Shown: piece after piece, positions 1 to 14,670 of the stretch | Position numbering within the stretch: the stretch's first letter is position 1 | Layout: each line of letters starts with the position of its first letter | NCBI GenBank assembly: GCA_012295275.1 | Contig: CM022678.1 | Span: forward strand, 2,604,001 to 2,668,000 | Source of the DNA: Chrysomallon squamiferum | Taxonomy: Eukaryota; Animalia; Mollusca | DNA length: 64,000 nt | Reading direction: 5' to 3' | Made by a program: the position numbers and the translations under genes | The notes under the pieces: model-generated | What the model saw: the letters and a program-made list of their open reading frames with translations, nothing else | Database searches by the model: none | What the model was told of the DNA's origin: nothing

Positions 1-2427
1 AGAACGAGGTAGGTCAATCTTCAGTGTTTGTCGTTTCGGCTCCATTTTATCTCTGTGTACACACACCGTGTCTTTAGATTACTGAAGGTAAGTGTCATCT
101 CATACAAACAGCACAGCTTGTTATCATAAATGAACGCAACAACAAAGATGTCTACTACATAGATTTATAATTTTAAGTAATCACACTGTTATGGAGACAA
201 TAACATCATATTAATTCTTTATCCCTTTCTGTGTTGCTGTTGGATTAAAAAGGCACGTTTGATTCCCCCATTACCGCCTCAGATGACCAAAATTAGTGTC
301 AAAACATTGTTTTAAAATTCATTAAAAAGAAAACGATGAATTAATTTTGATATAATACGCAAATTAAGTTACTGTAACCACTATCATTGATTTATTGTAC
401 AAATCAAAGATGTAGTTTCAGTTTGAACGACACTGTGACTGTCACTGTGTCAGAATACCAACAAGTCTAAATCTGAGGAATCGTCAAGTTTGCCATTTTT
501 TTTTGTTCTTTTTTTTCTTCTTTTTTCTCATTAAAAATTAAATAATGTTTTAATTTTATTTATTTAACTGGGTTTGTTTGTTTTATGCTTAGATATCTGT
601 AACACGTAGAACTTAAAGTGGCTTTATTATCTATTATAAAAAAATAAAAAATCATAATCATCGCACTTCAAAAAGCCCATTGTTTTATATTTCCGCTTTA
701 TGGTTAAAGCAGGACAGAAATTACTTCAGGGATTGTGTGTAGTTGATATGTAATGGATATTTGCTTCTTCCTGTCAATATGTGGGAACACTGTATCGTAT
801 TTCGCTCTGGTGGATATTTTGTTTTTGTGTGTGAATCAGAGACCAGGTTGTCTGGGTTGACATGTTTAAATGTTACCTTAATGTCACCTTATCATGTTTT
901 TTGTCATCTTAACAAAGAACCAAGTTTTGACTATGTCATTCTCAGATAGTAAACAGGAGTCTGTTGACTTACTATATATAATTGTAAATAACTATACCTA
1001 ATAATAATAATCTCAGTATATCTTTAATAGTTCTATCTTCCAAGTTACATTTATTAGGGTTTGGGTTTTATGGACATTATTTATTTTTTCTTTGTTTCTT
1101 CAGGGGTTCTTTGAAAAAAAACAAAAAAACAACAACATCATTTAATTGATTTTTAATGAACTGTGAACACTTCAATTATTAATAAATGATTAATAAATGT
1201 TTTTGAAAATAAAGAACACATTAAAATTTAAATGATACCGGTTTTATTGAAGTAATTCAAGACAAAATAATTCCCATAATATATTTCAGTAAATAAATAA
1301 GAATAATAATAATATCTTGTAGCTTCTTTTTATAATATTTTATTTTCTAGATATCCGTATTTTGAAAGCAAAAAAAAAATATTGAGGAAGAATTGTTGAA
1401 CCCATAGACTTTTTATTCACACCTTTTAAATTAAATAATAATAAAATTAAAAAATAATAATAATAATAAAGTTATAAATCTGTCTGACATTTAAAAGGCT
1501 ATTTGAGTACAAAATAATTCATTTCCAGAACGTTTTAGTTTACAGTTTAATGGATGACATTATTTTACAAAAATATATAAAAACTAAAAATAAAAAAAAT
1601 AATTGCTAAAGCTGAGAAAACCTAATGCGTTGTTAAATATATTTAACACAGGTTAAAAACTAATAACATTAATTATTTTTTTAAATGAGTAAATTATACA
1701 TGACACTGCATCCACATGCACACACATACTTATGCATGGACACACATATACAGACTCACACCACACAAAAAAAGCAGACTACTGAGTTAACAAAAAATCT
1801 CCAAGATGAACTTAATGAGTGAGAAAAATCTGGCAGACGTGTTTCTTTGAAGTGAGTGACAGCCATACCCAGGTGTTTCCTTGTGTACGCAGAAAAACCA
1901 AACCTGGTTTTTAACGAGAACTAAAACCCTTCAACTACAGCGTTTTACCAGCTGTCTTCCCCAACCAGACTTGGTTACAGTTTAAAAAACAGACGTGTGT
2001 GTTGTGTTTTTTAGATGTGTCCATCCTACATGTGTACATTCGTGTGTTATGTGTGTGTTTTATTTCTGAACATTTGTGTACTGGTGTATGTGTAGTTAAT
2101 GTTTGTTCTTTTGTTTTATGTTAAAAAATGAATTTGGTTCATAAAATCATCATAATCAATTATATATAGGCCTGTATGTGTCTGTGTATGATTTAGTTTT
2201 TTTTAATTGTTGATTTATCATTAACTTGTAGGTGTTTGGTGTATTTTTTCAAGCAGTAATTTAGAAATATCTTTAAAATTTTACTTTGTTTTTATATCTT
2301 TTTCATCGTATTTACTTTCTTATTTACTTTTTTATCTACCTTCATTTTAAATGATATAATTTATTATTTTTCAGTTAGCATTAAATATTTTTTATAATTA
2401 ACATTCGTGAGCTCAGCGTATAGACAC

Positions 2428-2462
<35 letters not shown>

Positions 2463-4699
2463 GCATACCCATATAAACATATGTTGAATGTTCAGTTTGG
2501 TTTGTCATAATAGGAAGTTCAAAAAAAAGAGAAAAAAATAAGAACGTAAAGTTAAATAGTATATTTAGACAAAAATATGGTGGCATCTAGTACATAAGCT
2601 CAGTTGTTTTGAAAATATTTGTAAAATGATAGACAGATCCAAATAATTATTGTCAAAACAGTGAAATGTTTTTAAGTAAAGAACATTTAGAATATGACCA
2701 GCATCAAGGGTGCTTTTTATGATTCATTTGCCTGTTTTTTTATGAAGAAAACATGTCGACATCTGTGTATCTGTATATATCCACATGAAGATAAAACCAT
2801 TTTTAGAAATAATTTTTATCTGTTAAAAGCTATTCTAACAAGAATTTTAAAAACATTTCATCTTTTTTTTACAAAGGTAGCCACATTTTAAAATAAATTT
2901 TAATTATTATTTAAATAATATTAATCTTTATTATTTTTTTTATTTTTTTTATTATTTTTTTTTTTTAAGCTCATTTTTATTTTTCTTACGATTGTTTTTT
3001 TTACATTCTTACAAAGTTAATGCCATTTCCAAAAATACTCTTATAATCTAAATTAGCCCAAAACTGTTTTAAAACGAACAGAGTCTTCTTGTTGTTACGT
3101 CTAAAACAACCATTGAGAACTATCATCTGCTTGACGTCAGGGGTGATCGCTGGAGACGGAGTATCAGGAAGAGACAGTTTAAAATTCCACACACTTAACA
3201 TCTTATGATAGCGCAGATGAACACTTTTCATTGTTGCCTGTCTCCCATTTAACAACATGCTATTGTGAGAATTTATTCCGTTTTAGATCATGGCACACAT
3301 ACACCGTGACTGCGAGAATGTTAACTTTCTCATACTCCTGTTCAAACTGGATGAGTAATTGTACTATTTAAGTGTCAGGAAATGAAAATAATTCCGCATT
3401 GAAGTAGAATGCTTGTTCAAACTCACGCAGCGATATGTCGGAAATAATGCAGTACTCAAAAGAGTTCATATTATGTCATTTCTTATTGCTCTGCGATATT
3501 AAAATAGTGCATTTGGAGGTATTACTGATTCTTTGCTAATGAGATATGATTATACTGTTTTTATAAAAAAAAATAATTCGTTGGTTGCACGTTAAAATGA
3601 TTCAGTGACGAATTTAGATTTATAATAATTTAGAGTTGAATAATCTGATCAATATTACTGATTCTTCTGTTAAATAATTACCATATTTAGATAACAGTTG
3701 TATTAATGACACATTCATTATTTGTGCAGGTATTTCATAATGAATAGACACATGAAGAATTTTAAATTAAAAGCATCATAGATATTACTTAAACAAATTT
3801 AAAAACAATTATTTAATTCATATGAAATTCTGTTGATATGACTGTTTTGTCAGCTGTTAATTATACTTGTGGTTCATAATGAACATGCACAAGAAAAATT
3901 TTAAGATTAAAAATAAATTAGAGTTAATACAAGAAATTTTTTAGAACAATTATTATTCATTTTAATATGAAATTCTTTTAAAGTCACAACTTCATGAATT
4001 ATTATTAATATATGCATTTTATAATAAACACATTAAAGCAAAATTTAAAATTAAAAACATTACAGTTAATTCTAAGAAAATTACAATTATTATTCAATTA
4101 TTAATAATAAGCATTTTATATTACAAACATACATCTAGTAATACTGCTATTGAATCTGTAATACGTATTTTAGTAAATTGTTACTCATTCTCTTACATAA
4201 CAAACTTGATGAAGAATATTAAAAATATACATATAATAATACTACTATTAACACTGGAAAACACTTTTTAATAAATTATTTATTTATTTACACAAAAAGA
4301 CTGATAAAAAAAAAAAAATTCATATTAAAAATGTGGAATAATACCCATGGCAATTAATCGAACTTGAATTTTAATAAATTATTATAACTTTTAACACCTC
4401 ACTATAAATTAATTCAGTAAAAAAAAAAAATCTGAAAAGATACCTCCATAATTCTCACAACCAGTCTGTTTCACCCGATTTGCACATGAAAAAGAAAGTA
4501 ACAATGGATTTATACCAGAATGGTATTGATTACCTGAACAAAAGTAATTAACATCACCTGGACAAAGAATTGTATGAATAACAACTAATTGTATGACACT
4601 CAAAATTCCCAGAACTCGTATAAAAATTATTTTTACTTTTATTTTTCCACTGCTAATACTAGAACCACAATATGTCTTTCTTTTTTGATTTTTTTCATC

Positions 4700-5220
4700 A
4701 TAGGCTACTGTATGTCAAATATTTGTTTAACAGTACCATTAATAACAGGCTGGTAAAGTATTTATTTTAGGCTGCTGTATGTCAAATATTTGTTTAACAG
4801 TACCATTAATAACAGGCTGGTAAAGTATTTATCTTAGGCTGTCGTTTGTCAAATATTTGTTTAACAGTACTGCTAGAATATAGTTTATAAATTTCTGTCA
4901 CTGGCTACTGATTTTGATTAATACTGTTATTTTGGCTGATAAAGTATTGATATCTTAGGCTGTTCTATGGCATAAATTTGTTTAACCATTTTAATCTTAG
5001 GTTAACAGTTGAAAAACATTTCTTTAAAAGATAGCCACTGTTTTCTTTGCTTGTTGGATATGTTGTATATCTATATCATTAAATCAGAAAATCTTGGTTT
5101 ATACAAACATGAACCAATATAAACAGAGCAAAATATATTCTTCTTTGACGTTTCTAAAATGGATAATTTTCTGTCTTAGGCTGTTCAGTGGTAAATATTT
5201 GTTTAACAGTACCATTAAAC
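4700..5220 (+). repeat. ~67-bp tandem repeat (3 close copies plus 2 decayed copies)
   Basis: TAGGCT..TGT..GTCAAATATTTGTTTAACAGTACCATTAATAACAGGCTGGTAAAGTATTT at ~4701, 4768 and 4836; decayed copies at ~4956 and ~5177. Confidence 0.85.
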
Positions 5221-6145
5221 CAGCATGCTGGTTATTTTTCTGTTTTAAGTTATTCATTGGCAAACTTTTAATACAGATATATTTTTACAGGGGGCGGGTG
5301 GGGAAAAAAAATCTGACCCAAATACTCAAAATATATTAGCTGTACTGTCTAATTACCACAATATTCACCTTGTTCTTTCTTTGCCAGAAATATCAGTCTA
5401 ACATGCAATAAAGAAATACGTCATTTGAATCGGATTCATCATAGACGTGCTTGAACAAACTGCCTGTATGTTACACACCAGTCTTTTGTCTTTTACAAAA
5501 AAACCTGTCAGTTTTGTCTGATAATATGCATCAGATAGCATTAACAGCATTACAGACACCCAACTACGTAACATTCAATGAGCACAGCTATCAGTAATCC
5601 TAATTTTTTTATCTCTTGTCGGAAATGTTTATTTTATTTCTACTGAAACGTTGTTTCGGAAAATCAAAGTCATCTCCACTGCTCTGTGGCACCCTTAAAG
5701 TTTTGTTTTAAAAGTACAGTAGTGACCCCCCTGACAACCCCACCATTCCATTCCCCCTCTCCTGAAGTCACAGATGAAATATGTGTTTGTATGGGCAGAT
5801 ACCCAAGGAGTTAAGACATATTCAAAATGTATAGATCTTTGAACTAAGCATGGCACTAAGCCAAGATAGCGGGAATATGTAACAAGCAAACTGCCAATCT
5901 CACCAAACATGTCAGATCTGATACCATTCTGCTGTGTAGTCAGGTGCTTCTTCTGTTAACTAAATTGAAATAAGAAACTTATATATATATATATATACAT
6001 ACATACAACATACCCACATGCATACATGTAAATAAAAGCATACAGATACACACGTATATGCATACATATACATACATACACAAACATGACGTATGTACAA
6101 TGTATATAAACATACACACACACACAGAGAACCATACAAATATAA

Positions 6146-6191
<46 letters not shown>

Positions 6192-6314
6192 AAATACAAA
6201 AATACTCACATGTATGTACACAATACACCCACTGCAAGTACATAATATGTATTTACTATTTATGCATATTGGGTACATAAATATATTGAGAAATGTATAT
6301 ATGTCTGTGAGTAT

Positions 6315-6316
<2 letters not shown>

Positions 6317-6349
<33 letters not shown>

Positions 6350-6411
6350 TAAATCAGATAATCTGTTCTAATGTGTGTGTGTGTGTGTGTGCTGTTAAAT
6401 CAGATAATCTG

Positions 6412-6447
<36 letters not shown>

Positions 6448-6510
6448 AAATCAGATAATCTGTTCTAATGTGTGTGTGTGTGTTTGTTGTGTGCTGTTAA
6501 TCAGAAAATC
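6317..6510 (+). repeat. Compound repeat, (GT)n + GCTGTTAAATCAGATAATCTGTTCT, 4 copies
   Basis: The same ~25-nt spacer recurs between GT tracts. Confidence 0.85.
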
Positions 6511-6795
6511 TCTGCTAATTTAAAACGGAGAAGCTGAGTCATACAGAGCATTAATTATCAATATACTGAACATAAACCAGTGCATTCAGTTTACTCGGCT
6601 TCATCTTTGATGTTCTGTGCTGAAATGTTTAGGTGAGCCGCTAGAGGCTATTTCTGTAACCGGAAATTAACAGCTTTTTATAGAGTTACGATTATCTCTT
6701 TTTGCTTTAATGTTTGACACTCTGATCTTGTTAATGTCTTATGTTATTATAATAGTATGTGAAATACAGATGATATAAACAGTATATTTAAACAG

Positions 6796-6849
<54 letters not shown>

Positions 6850-9091
6850 CACAAGTATATAAAGTAATATATTCATATATATATATATATATATACATAC
6901 ATACATACACACACATACATACAGCTGAAATAGACTGTCACAGATATACCTATATATAGAGATACACATACATGTACACACACACACACATATATACAAA
7001 AACACACACACACACACATATATACAAAAAAAAACACACACACAAAGATAAAGGTATTACACAATCAAATTCAACAAAGTGTAATAATCTTTATTTTCTT
7101 CTGTCATTCACTCACCACTTCATAGAATATAAACAAAGAATTTAATTCCCATGTATGTTTATAAACATTAAACTTTATACCTCTAGATCATTTACTAATC
7201 ATTTCATGTTCACAAATGTTGATGATTATCGAATTTGTAAACTGAACTTGGAGAATCAGAATTATCTATCAACTCCTTTGAGATTTGAACCTACGTGCTC
7301 AGCTTTCAAATTGAGAAAATGCTGAACTGTAAATAGTTTACTAATGTGAGGGTTATTTACTTAATCTATTCAGGCATTTTCACTTTAAAAGTGTGTCACA
7401 GTTATTTATTTATTCCGATTAACGTTTAATTTTTTCATTTGCATTCAGTTTACATGCATTTCATATTCATTTATTCATTTACTCCATTGAATTATTTCGT
7501 TTATTATTTATGCTTTTATTTTAAAAGTATTTCCTATTCATTTGTTCAAATTAAATATATTTCATATTCATTTATTCAAAATTAAATATATTTCATATTC
7601 ATTTATTCAAAATAAATTTTTTTTTTATCATTTGCTTTCATTAAAAATGTTTTGTATTCATTTATTCATTTACACAATTGAAATGTTTCATTCAGCATTT
7701 GCTTTCATATTCAATTTATTCTTTTTTTTTTTATCCATTTGTTTTTATGCACATCCATAATTTTATTCATTTACAAAAATATCACTCAAAAGTATTTATT
7801 CATTCAGTTTCACCTAAGAAATATTCATTTTATTCGTTTACGTGGCCGAGTTTTCAAACTTCACTTCACGGTGTTACAGGGTGTTGAGTTAGGCTAGCTG
7901 ATGGTGTGATCTGATGTAAGTGCAGCAGCCCCAGGGAAAAAGATGACCATAAAAATGTGATAGATTTTATTATCACAGTTGTAATTATTTCTAGAGTGGG
8001 GAAAATTCAGTAATAAAATTTATTGATGATCCAGAAATACACAAGTGATCTTCGTAATAGAATTTTTTAATTTGTTTTTATTTTTATTTATTTTTTTCAT
8101 GTTTTTATTAGATAAAATAAAATAAAATAAAATAAAATAAAATAAAATAAAATAAAATAAAATATAAACAACAAAAAAAACCCCCAAAAACTAAAAGAAC
8201 AACAACACAATAAATAAATTAAAAAATATAAAAATTTCAAGAAATAAAAATGTTGTTGGTAATAGGATTTGATCCTAGTTCTGTTCAGACAAGAGCAGTA
8301 TGTTTAGATTGTTTCCTCACCTTGATAAAATAGACATGTTTTTAATACTTTTTTGGCTTAGTTACATAAAAAGTCTCAATTAATTTACGTTTAGTTTCTT
8401 TCCTTATCTCACTAACATAAGGATGGCGTTAATACTTTTTGGCAATAATTTAATACGTCTGTTGTGTAATTTGTTATCATGTTTTTTGTTATTTCAGTTT
8501 GTGTATATGTATCTTTGATAATTGTGTCCTTGAAGGCCGTATCAGTAAACATGTTATAAAAGTATCTGTTGCCACAGTAACAAGGTCATATTTATAAACA
8601 GTCATATATATATCTTCCAGTATTCATGGAGAATTATCTTTTATAAAGATTCCTGATAGCAGCTAAGATTTAATACTTGTAAAAAAAAAAGAAAAACAAA
8701 AAAAATGAATAAAAATACTGATAGCAAATTGTGGGGTATTTTTTAGAATTAAGTAATGTGATTTCTGAAAGTTGTGTACAGGTTCGTGACATACAAATGT
8801 TGTGTTGCTTGAATACTTTGATATGCAACGGCAATATTCACTGTTATGTCTGCAGGGGTCAGAATTATTATAATTGAGTCTGATAATCCTGTACATTTCT
8901 GTATCCCAGCTAATCACTGATTTCTTTATGTCCAGCGGTCGTATTTAGTGTTACATGATCAAGATGACCAGTATATATATATATATATATCCACTGACAT
9001 CTGACACTGAAAGTGGTCATTTGTGTTACGTTTTTCTGTCCAGTGGTCAGATCCATTTGTTACGTGAATGAAAAAAATCTACTGTCATTTT

Positions 9092-9385
9092 TATGATGAT
9101 CCATTTTCATAATTACCTAATGATCCATTTTTACAATTCCTATGATCCACTTTCATAATTATCAGTGATGATCCATTTTTATAATTATCTATAATGATCC
9201 ATTATTATAAATATCCAAATTATAATGATCCACTTTCATAATTATCAGTGATGATCCATTTTCATAATTATCTCATTATGATCCATTCCCATTTCTCTAT
9301 AATGATCCATTTTCATAATTATCTACGGTTCATTTTCATAATTGTCTGTGATCAATCTCATTGATATCTGTAATGATTCATTTTG
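9092..9385 (+). repeat. Degenerate ~22-27 bp minisatellite (ATGATCCATTTTCATAATTATC core)
   Basis: About ten recurrences of ATGATCCA(T/C)TTT(C/T)ATAATT. Confidence 0.85.
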
Positions 9386-9508
9386 ATATGTATCTCTTTG
9401 ATGGTGATATCACGTATATATCTGAGGTACAGATATATCTTGAAAGGTCCACAGTGATATATATATCTGATTAACCCAAGTTACATTGTTACGTCTTTTC
9501 CTGTCACA

Positions 9509-9690
9509 GGGTCAGAGGTCAGCTAGGTCAGGCCTGTAGGAATGCACGCACACAGATAAAAGCAGTCTCGTGTACAAGGCTGTCTTTGTGTCGCAGAGAC
9601 GAAATCTTTCTCAGCTGACTTGAGTAATACTAAGAAATTACTTCGCAGTCCGTTCTGAATCAGTGAACCAATCATTCCGGTGAATGGACT
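9509..9690. promoter_or_regulatory. Candidate intronic enhancer: triple nuclear-receptor half-site (DR1+DR3)
   Basis: GGGTCA g AGGTCA gct AGGTCA at 9509-9530, followed by GGAATG, GATAA, CCAAT and CATTCC motifs in a GC-richer island. Confidence 0.4.
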
Positions 9691-11478
9691 TTTTAAATTC
9701 GCTTAAATTTTTTTTTTTTTTTTTTTTTTTGATCGAGGGTTCTTCTTCTTCTTCTTCTTCTTCTTTTTTCTAGTTTTTTTTTTTTTTTTTTTTTTAATGT
9801 TATTATTTAGAGTTTACAGTGTTTTTTTATAATGTTGGTTGGTGTCAAGTTTTGTTGAGGATTTTTTTTTTTTTCACTTTTTTTTTTTTTTTTAAAATGT
9901 TTTCGTTGTTTTAGTAGTTTCTGGTTTCAGTTTTATGTGAAGCAGATACAGTTTGGGAAGGGATTGGCCTTCATTTAGTTTAAATGTGAAGCAGATTTTC
10001 TTTTCTTTATTTTTTCTTTTTTTTTGATATTTTTTTTTATCGCAGTGAAATCTTTTGTAACTTGATGGTTGGGGTTAAGCTATTTTCATTAAATTTTGAA
10101 TTGAAAAACAACAGGAACTAAACAAAGAAAAAAACACCAACAAAAAAACGTTTTATTTATTTAATTATTAATTGAAAAAGATATTTTGTTTCTGTTTTGA
10201 AATACTTTCAAATATACATGTGTTTATTTAGCTGCAAGTCAGAAAATTGAAGTTCAAAATTCGGTTTTCTAAAATAGAAATAAATAAAAAAGAACGAAAA
10301 GAATGAAGAACTACTTTAAATATAAGATAATATTACTAAATCAATATTTAAAAAAAAATAAAAAAAGATCAAATATCATTTTTCATTTCTATATAAAGAA
10401 ACATGAACATGCCTATATTAATACACCAAATTCTAATTTTAAATTTTCGAAATATAAAATACTAAATTACCGATAATAATACCATTTCTTTTAGTGTTCA
10501 TTATATAAAACTGTACCATGCCTTTTTTATACATTAATATACCAAATATATATATATATATATGTACATTAATATACTATTTTACTGTTTAGTAGACAAA
10601 ATTCCTATTCTGATACATTTATATAAAATGCTAACACAATCAGACCAAAGAGAATTTTTTTATTTTTTTTAATAATTTAAAAACAGGAAATACTCTAGAG
10701 ACTGAACTTAGTGAAAGATCCGAACTGACAGAAACTTTTCAGTTTATTTATAACTTCAGCCGTCTTCCCTGACTGCTAGTTTCCCCTCAGTGTACACCAT
10801 ATGTTTGTTGTTTGTTGTTTTTTTCACCAGTTTTATGCGTCCATTCATGTGTGCAGGCTGTAACGATCAAGATTTACTGAGGTAGAACTCGTAAGCTTTC
10901 AGAAATTATCAAATACCTAATGGTTATATGCGTTTCTATGTTTGGAAGATATAAAAGGGGGTTTTTTATGTTTTTTTGGCAAGAAATTTAAGTTATGAAA
11001 TTATTAAAAAAAAAAGTCGAAAAGTTTGTTTTGGTTATGTGAATTTTTGTGTTACAAAGAAATGATTGCTTTTTTTTTTTTTTTTTTTTTTTATTAAGCC
11101 AGAAATAAAATGTTAAATTATTAAATTATCAGTCAATCAGTTATTTTGATTATTTGAATTTTTATTGGGATTTTTTTGGTGGGGGGGGTTTGCTGTAATC
11201 AAATCAGATAGGAATGAAATTTAATGTTAATTTTTGATTTATCAGAAAGAAAAATATTTTTGCAGTGTTAATAACTCTTTTGATGTAGTAATCACAGACT
11301 CAGAAATGCGGAGGGGTTGAATTCTAAATCAAAAAAATGTTTCTTTAAGGCTTGCAGTTTTATTTATTTTATTTATTTACTTACAAGCAATGAGAAATGT
11401 TTGAAATAAAAGTTATTTTGAAAAATTTGCTACAGGAAAGATTTGGAGAGAGAGAGAGAGAGGTGGAGGGTAGGAAAG

Positions 11479-11510
<32 letters not shown>

Positions 11511-12296
11511 AGGAGAAATAATGTGTAATTATCTTTCACATACCTGTCATAGGTTGAATTCACAGACAGTCCAGTCTAGTCAGTGGAGAGATTTGATCTT
11601 GAAACCTAACTCACCTCATGTCAATACTTGACCCACGGTGTAAATTCAATAGTTTCGAACACCCCGTTTGGTTGTTTGTTTTTCTTTGTTCTCTCTCTTT
11701 TCTGAGAGAAAGAAAAAAAAAATATTTATCTCACTTTTTCTCAGTCTATTTTTTTTCCTTCTGTCTTTGTAGTTTTGGCCACACACACACACTCACACAC
11801 ACACACACACACTCACACACTGGTGTATGTAATGTATCTCACTACTTACCATATTAAATTTCTCCTCAGGGAAATAGATTCCATTTACACTGCAGTTAAT
11901 TACTTAGTGGTCAGATATAGAGTTTATTATTATTGTTATGTTATATTTATTTGTTTATGTTTATTTAGTATCAATTTTTTTTTACTGAAAAGAACAACAT
12001 TATTTCACTTAAAATTAATAATAAGATTTATTTTTTCTTATGTTTCTTTTTATGTGACAGTTACAAAAAAAAAAAAAAAAAATTGAAATTGAATTATCAG
12101 AAAAGAAAATTTATTGGGATGAATGTTTTATTTACAGTTTTAAATTTTTCTTACCTGTGAAAAATTAACAAAATAGTACATTACTGTCAAAATACATACA
12201 ACCATACACACAGTGACATACATTCATACATACACATATACAAACACACACATACATATATATACAAACCCACACAGACACAGATACATTCTCACA

Positions 12297-12341
<45 letters not shown>

Positions 12342-12564
12342 AGATGTCCCTAACTACATCCCCAAACTCCCAGATATGCTACACTCACACTACTTCTTAA
12401 ATAAAAAAAAAGTGTAGTACATATTTTTCACAAAGAAAGTAAAAAAAAAAGGCATGGACAAAGACGTTTTCAAGGTATTTCTAAAAGGTTTGGAATGTCG
12501 GTTCGCAAACATTCTACCTCTAGGAGTCAGCCATTGTGGTCTGCCATCTACTTTATTTACCTGT

Positions 12565-13420
12565 TCACACCTGAGAACTGGGCCCAGTGGCATAAATGAT
12601 TCAGGTAAAAATCTTATTAAAAAAAAAAAAAAAAAATACAGGTAAAAAAAATTTAATTAGATGTTTATGGTTAATTAAATGTTGTTAAATATGTCTGACA
12701 AAAACCTGCATAATCATACAAATTGGAGAATTTGAGCCCAGTTGGAAAAATCATTCAGGTGTAGCTATTCAGAAAACTACAGGTAAAAAAAAAAAAAAAT
12801 TAATTAATTAGATGTATTGTTAGTCAAGGAAGGTGTTGTTAAATACGGTGTATCCTGCAAAGAGTTCAGCTGAATATTTTAACAGGGACACGAATTTTCA
12901 CACCTGAAATTTGGCCCAGTCGCATAAATAACTCAGGTATAATTGTTTGGAAAGCTACAGATAAAAATTTAATTAAATGTTGTTAAATTATGTCTTCCCT
13001 GGGCTGTATATTAACACAGACACAGAACACACAAACATTTCCCATCTGAGAGTAGAGTCCAGTTGCATAAATCATTCAGGATTTATTCTTCAGCAGGACA
13101 CAGGTAAAGCATTTTACAAGCATGTGTGTAGTTACCTAACTAATAAAACTGTATGAAAAAAAAAATGTCTTAAACATGCTTAAGAATTCAGATTCATGAT
13201 TAACAGAAAGAAGTATTTTCAAAACTGAAAGCTGTGTATAAATCACTTGACATGTCGACTTACCTGTTCAGGTAATAAATTCATAAAGGGACTTGTATAT
13301 TACAAAGGGATGGGAGTTTGACAGTCAGGTGAGGTTTTCTAGTACATTAGAAGCTACAGGTAACAGAAAACTAATTTTTTCATCGCAAAACTGGGCTTGG
13401 TTGCATGAATCACTTTGGAT
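12565..13420 (+). repeat. Old diverged ~150-175 bp tandem repeat, 4-5 copies
   Basis: Shared core CA(C/T)CTGA..(G)GCCCAGT.GCATAAAT.ATTCAGG...ACAGGTAAA at ~12568, 12725, 12900 and 13043; weaker at 13381. Confidence 0.7.
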
Positions 13421-13919
13421 AAAATACAATTTAAAAAAAAAAAAAAACTTTTTTAATAATAAACAGGAAAAATTTAAAAAAATTAAAAGAAAATAATAAA
13501 TAAACAACTTCATATTTATATACTTATTGAATTTTCAATATGTTGGCTAATAAATAAACTGAGGTGTGGTTGTAAATAGAACATATATTTACCTGTGTTA
13601 TTGAAAAAAAAAAAAGGATTGGTCAATCTTTAATACAGTAGGTCATATAGTCTTTGTGCACATGTTTAACTGGTTTGCAGAAACATTAGTCATACAGTTT
13701 TTAATCTTTCTAAATTAAAAACAAAAAGTCATTATTATGTAAATTGTAAATATAGAGTGTTCTGTATCTTTTTGTTTTATTTTTATTTTTTTTGTGTTTG
13801 TTGTTTTATAAATATATATAATGAAAATAATTAAGATGCTTTTATTTGATTTCAATAAACAAATTAATAAATTTACAAAAAAAAAAGAAATAATTAAAGA
13901 AATAAGGAAAAATAAAAAA

Positions 13920-13950
<31 letters not shown>

Positions 13951-14488
13951 AATTTAATAATGACAATAAAGAGAGAACTTTAAAAGGAAAACAAAAGAAA
14001 TAGTAATATCGTGTAATTTGTCTTTTATTGTGATTTTTCAGCTAAAAAGTTTGAGAACAGGATATAACTAAAACATTATTGTTTTTTTCTTTAAAAGTTT
14101 TATGTTGTATTTATTACATTTAAATGTCTTTTGTTTTTAATGCAGCATGTTTCCTTGTACTGTTTTCTTTGAAGGTTTTTAAAATTTTAACATTTTTCAT
14201 TGTTTATGACTTCATTACTTTTATTTTTTCACTTTTATTTTCATAAAAAATGTCTTCTTTTTTTTTTTTTTTTTTTCTTGCTTTTTCATTCTTTCATTAC
14301 TGCTTTTTCCATTTATTTTATTTTCTATTTCATTCATCTTTTTTTATTTCATCTTTCTTTCAATCTTTTCTGGTCATTCTTTCGTTATACAAAATTTTTA
14401 ATTATTTCTCTCACTTTTCTTTTTTCATTTCTTTTTTTTTTTTTTTTTTTTTTTTTTTCCGGTTTCTTTTTTTTTAAAACTTTTAACG

Positions 14489-14670
14489 TGTTTACCCACA
14501 CGAGTTAACAATTCCTACACCTGGGCCCCTGACAGGCTCAGCTCTGCTGTTTACTCACCTCTGTGTGTTTACGTGTGTGTTTACGTGTGTGTTTACCTGT
14601 GTTTACTTAGTCATCAGCAGACGCAGCCCCACTCTCCTACAGTCATTCACAAAACTGTGAACTTTGACCT
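14489..14670. promoter_or_regulatory. Candidate intronic enhancer: 6 forkhead cores (TGTTTAC) plus a perfect DR1
   Basis: TGTTTAC at 14489, 14548, 14566, 14578, 14590 and 14600; TGAACTtTGACCT at 14658-14670; locally GC-richer island. Confidence 0.45.

Noticed and set aside
5956-7064. Overlapping ORFs rich in YI/CV/HT
   Set aside because: Translations of (TA)n and (CA)n microsatellites. The same applies to the ORFs at 15894-16290, 22727-23163, 25708-26210, 42486-43042 and 51466-51773.
7240-7335. B-box-like GATTTGAACC and a 14-nt match (ATTATCTATCAACT) to the 21343 SINE candidate
   Set aside because: Box order and spacing are inconsistent and the match is too short to call an element.
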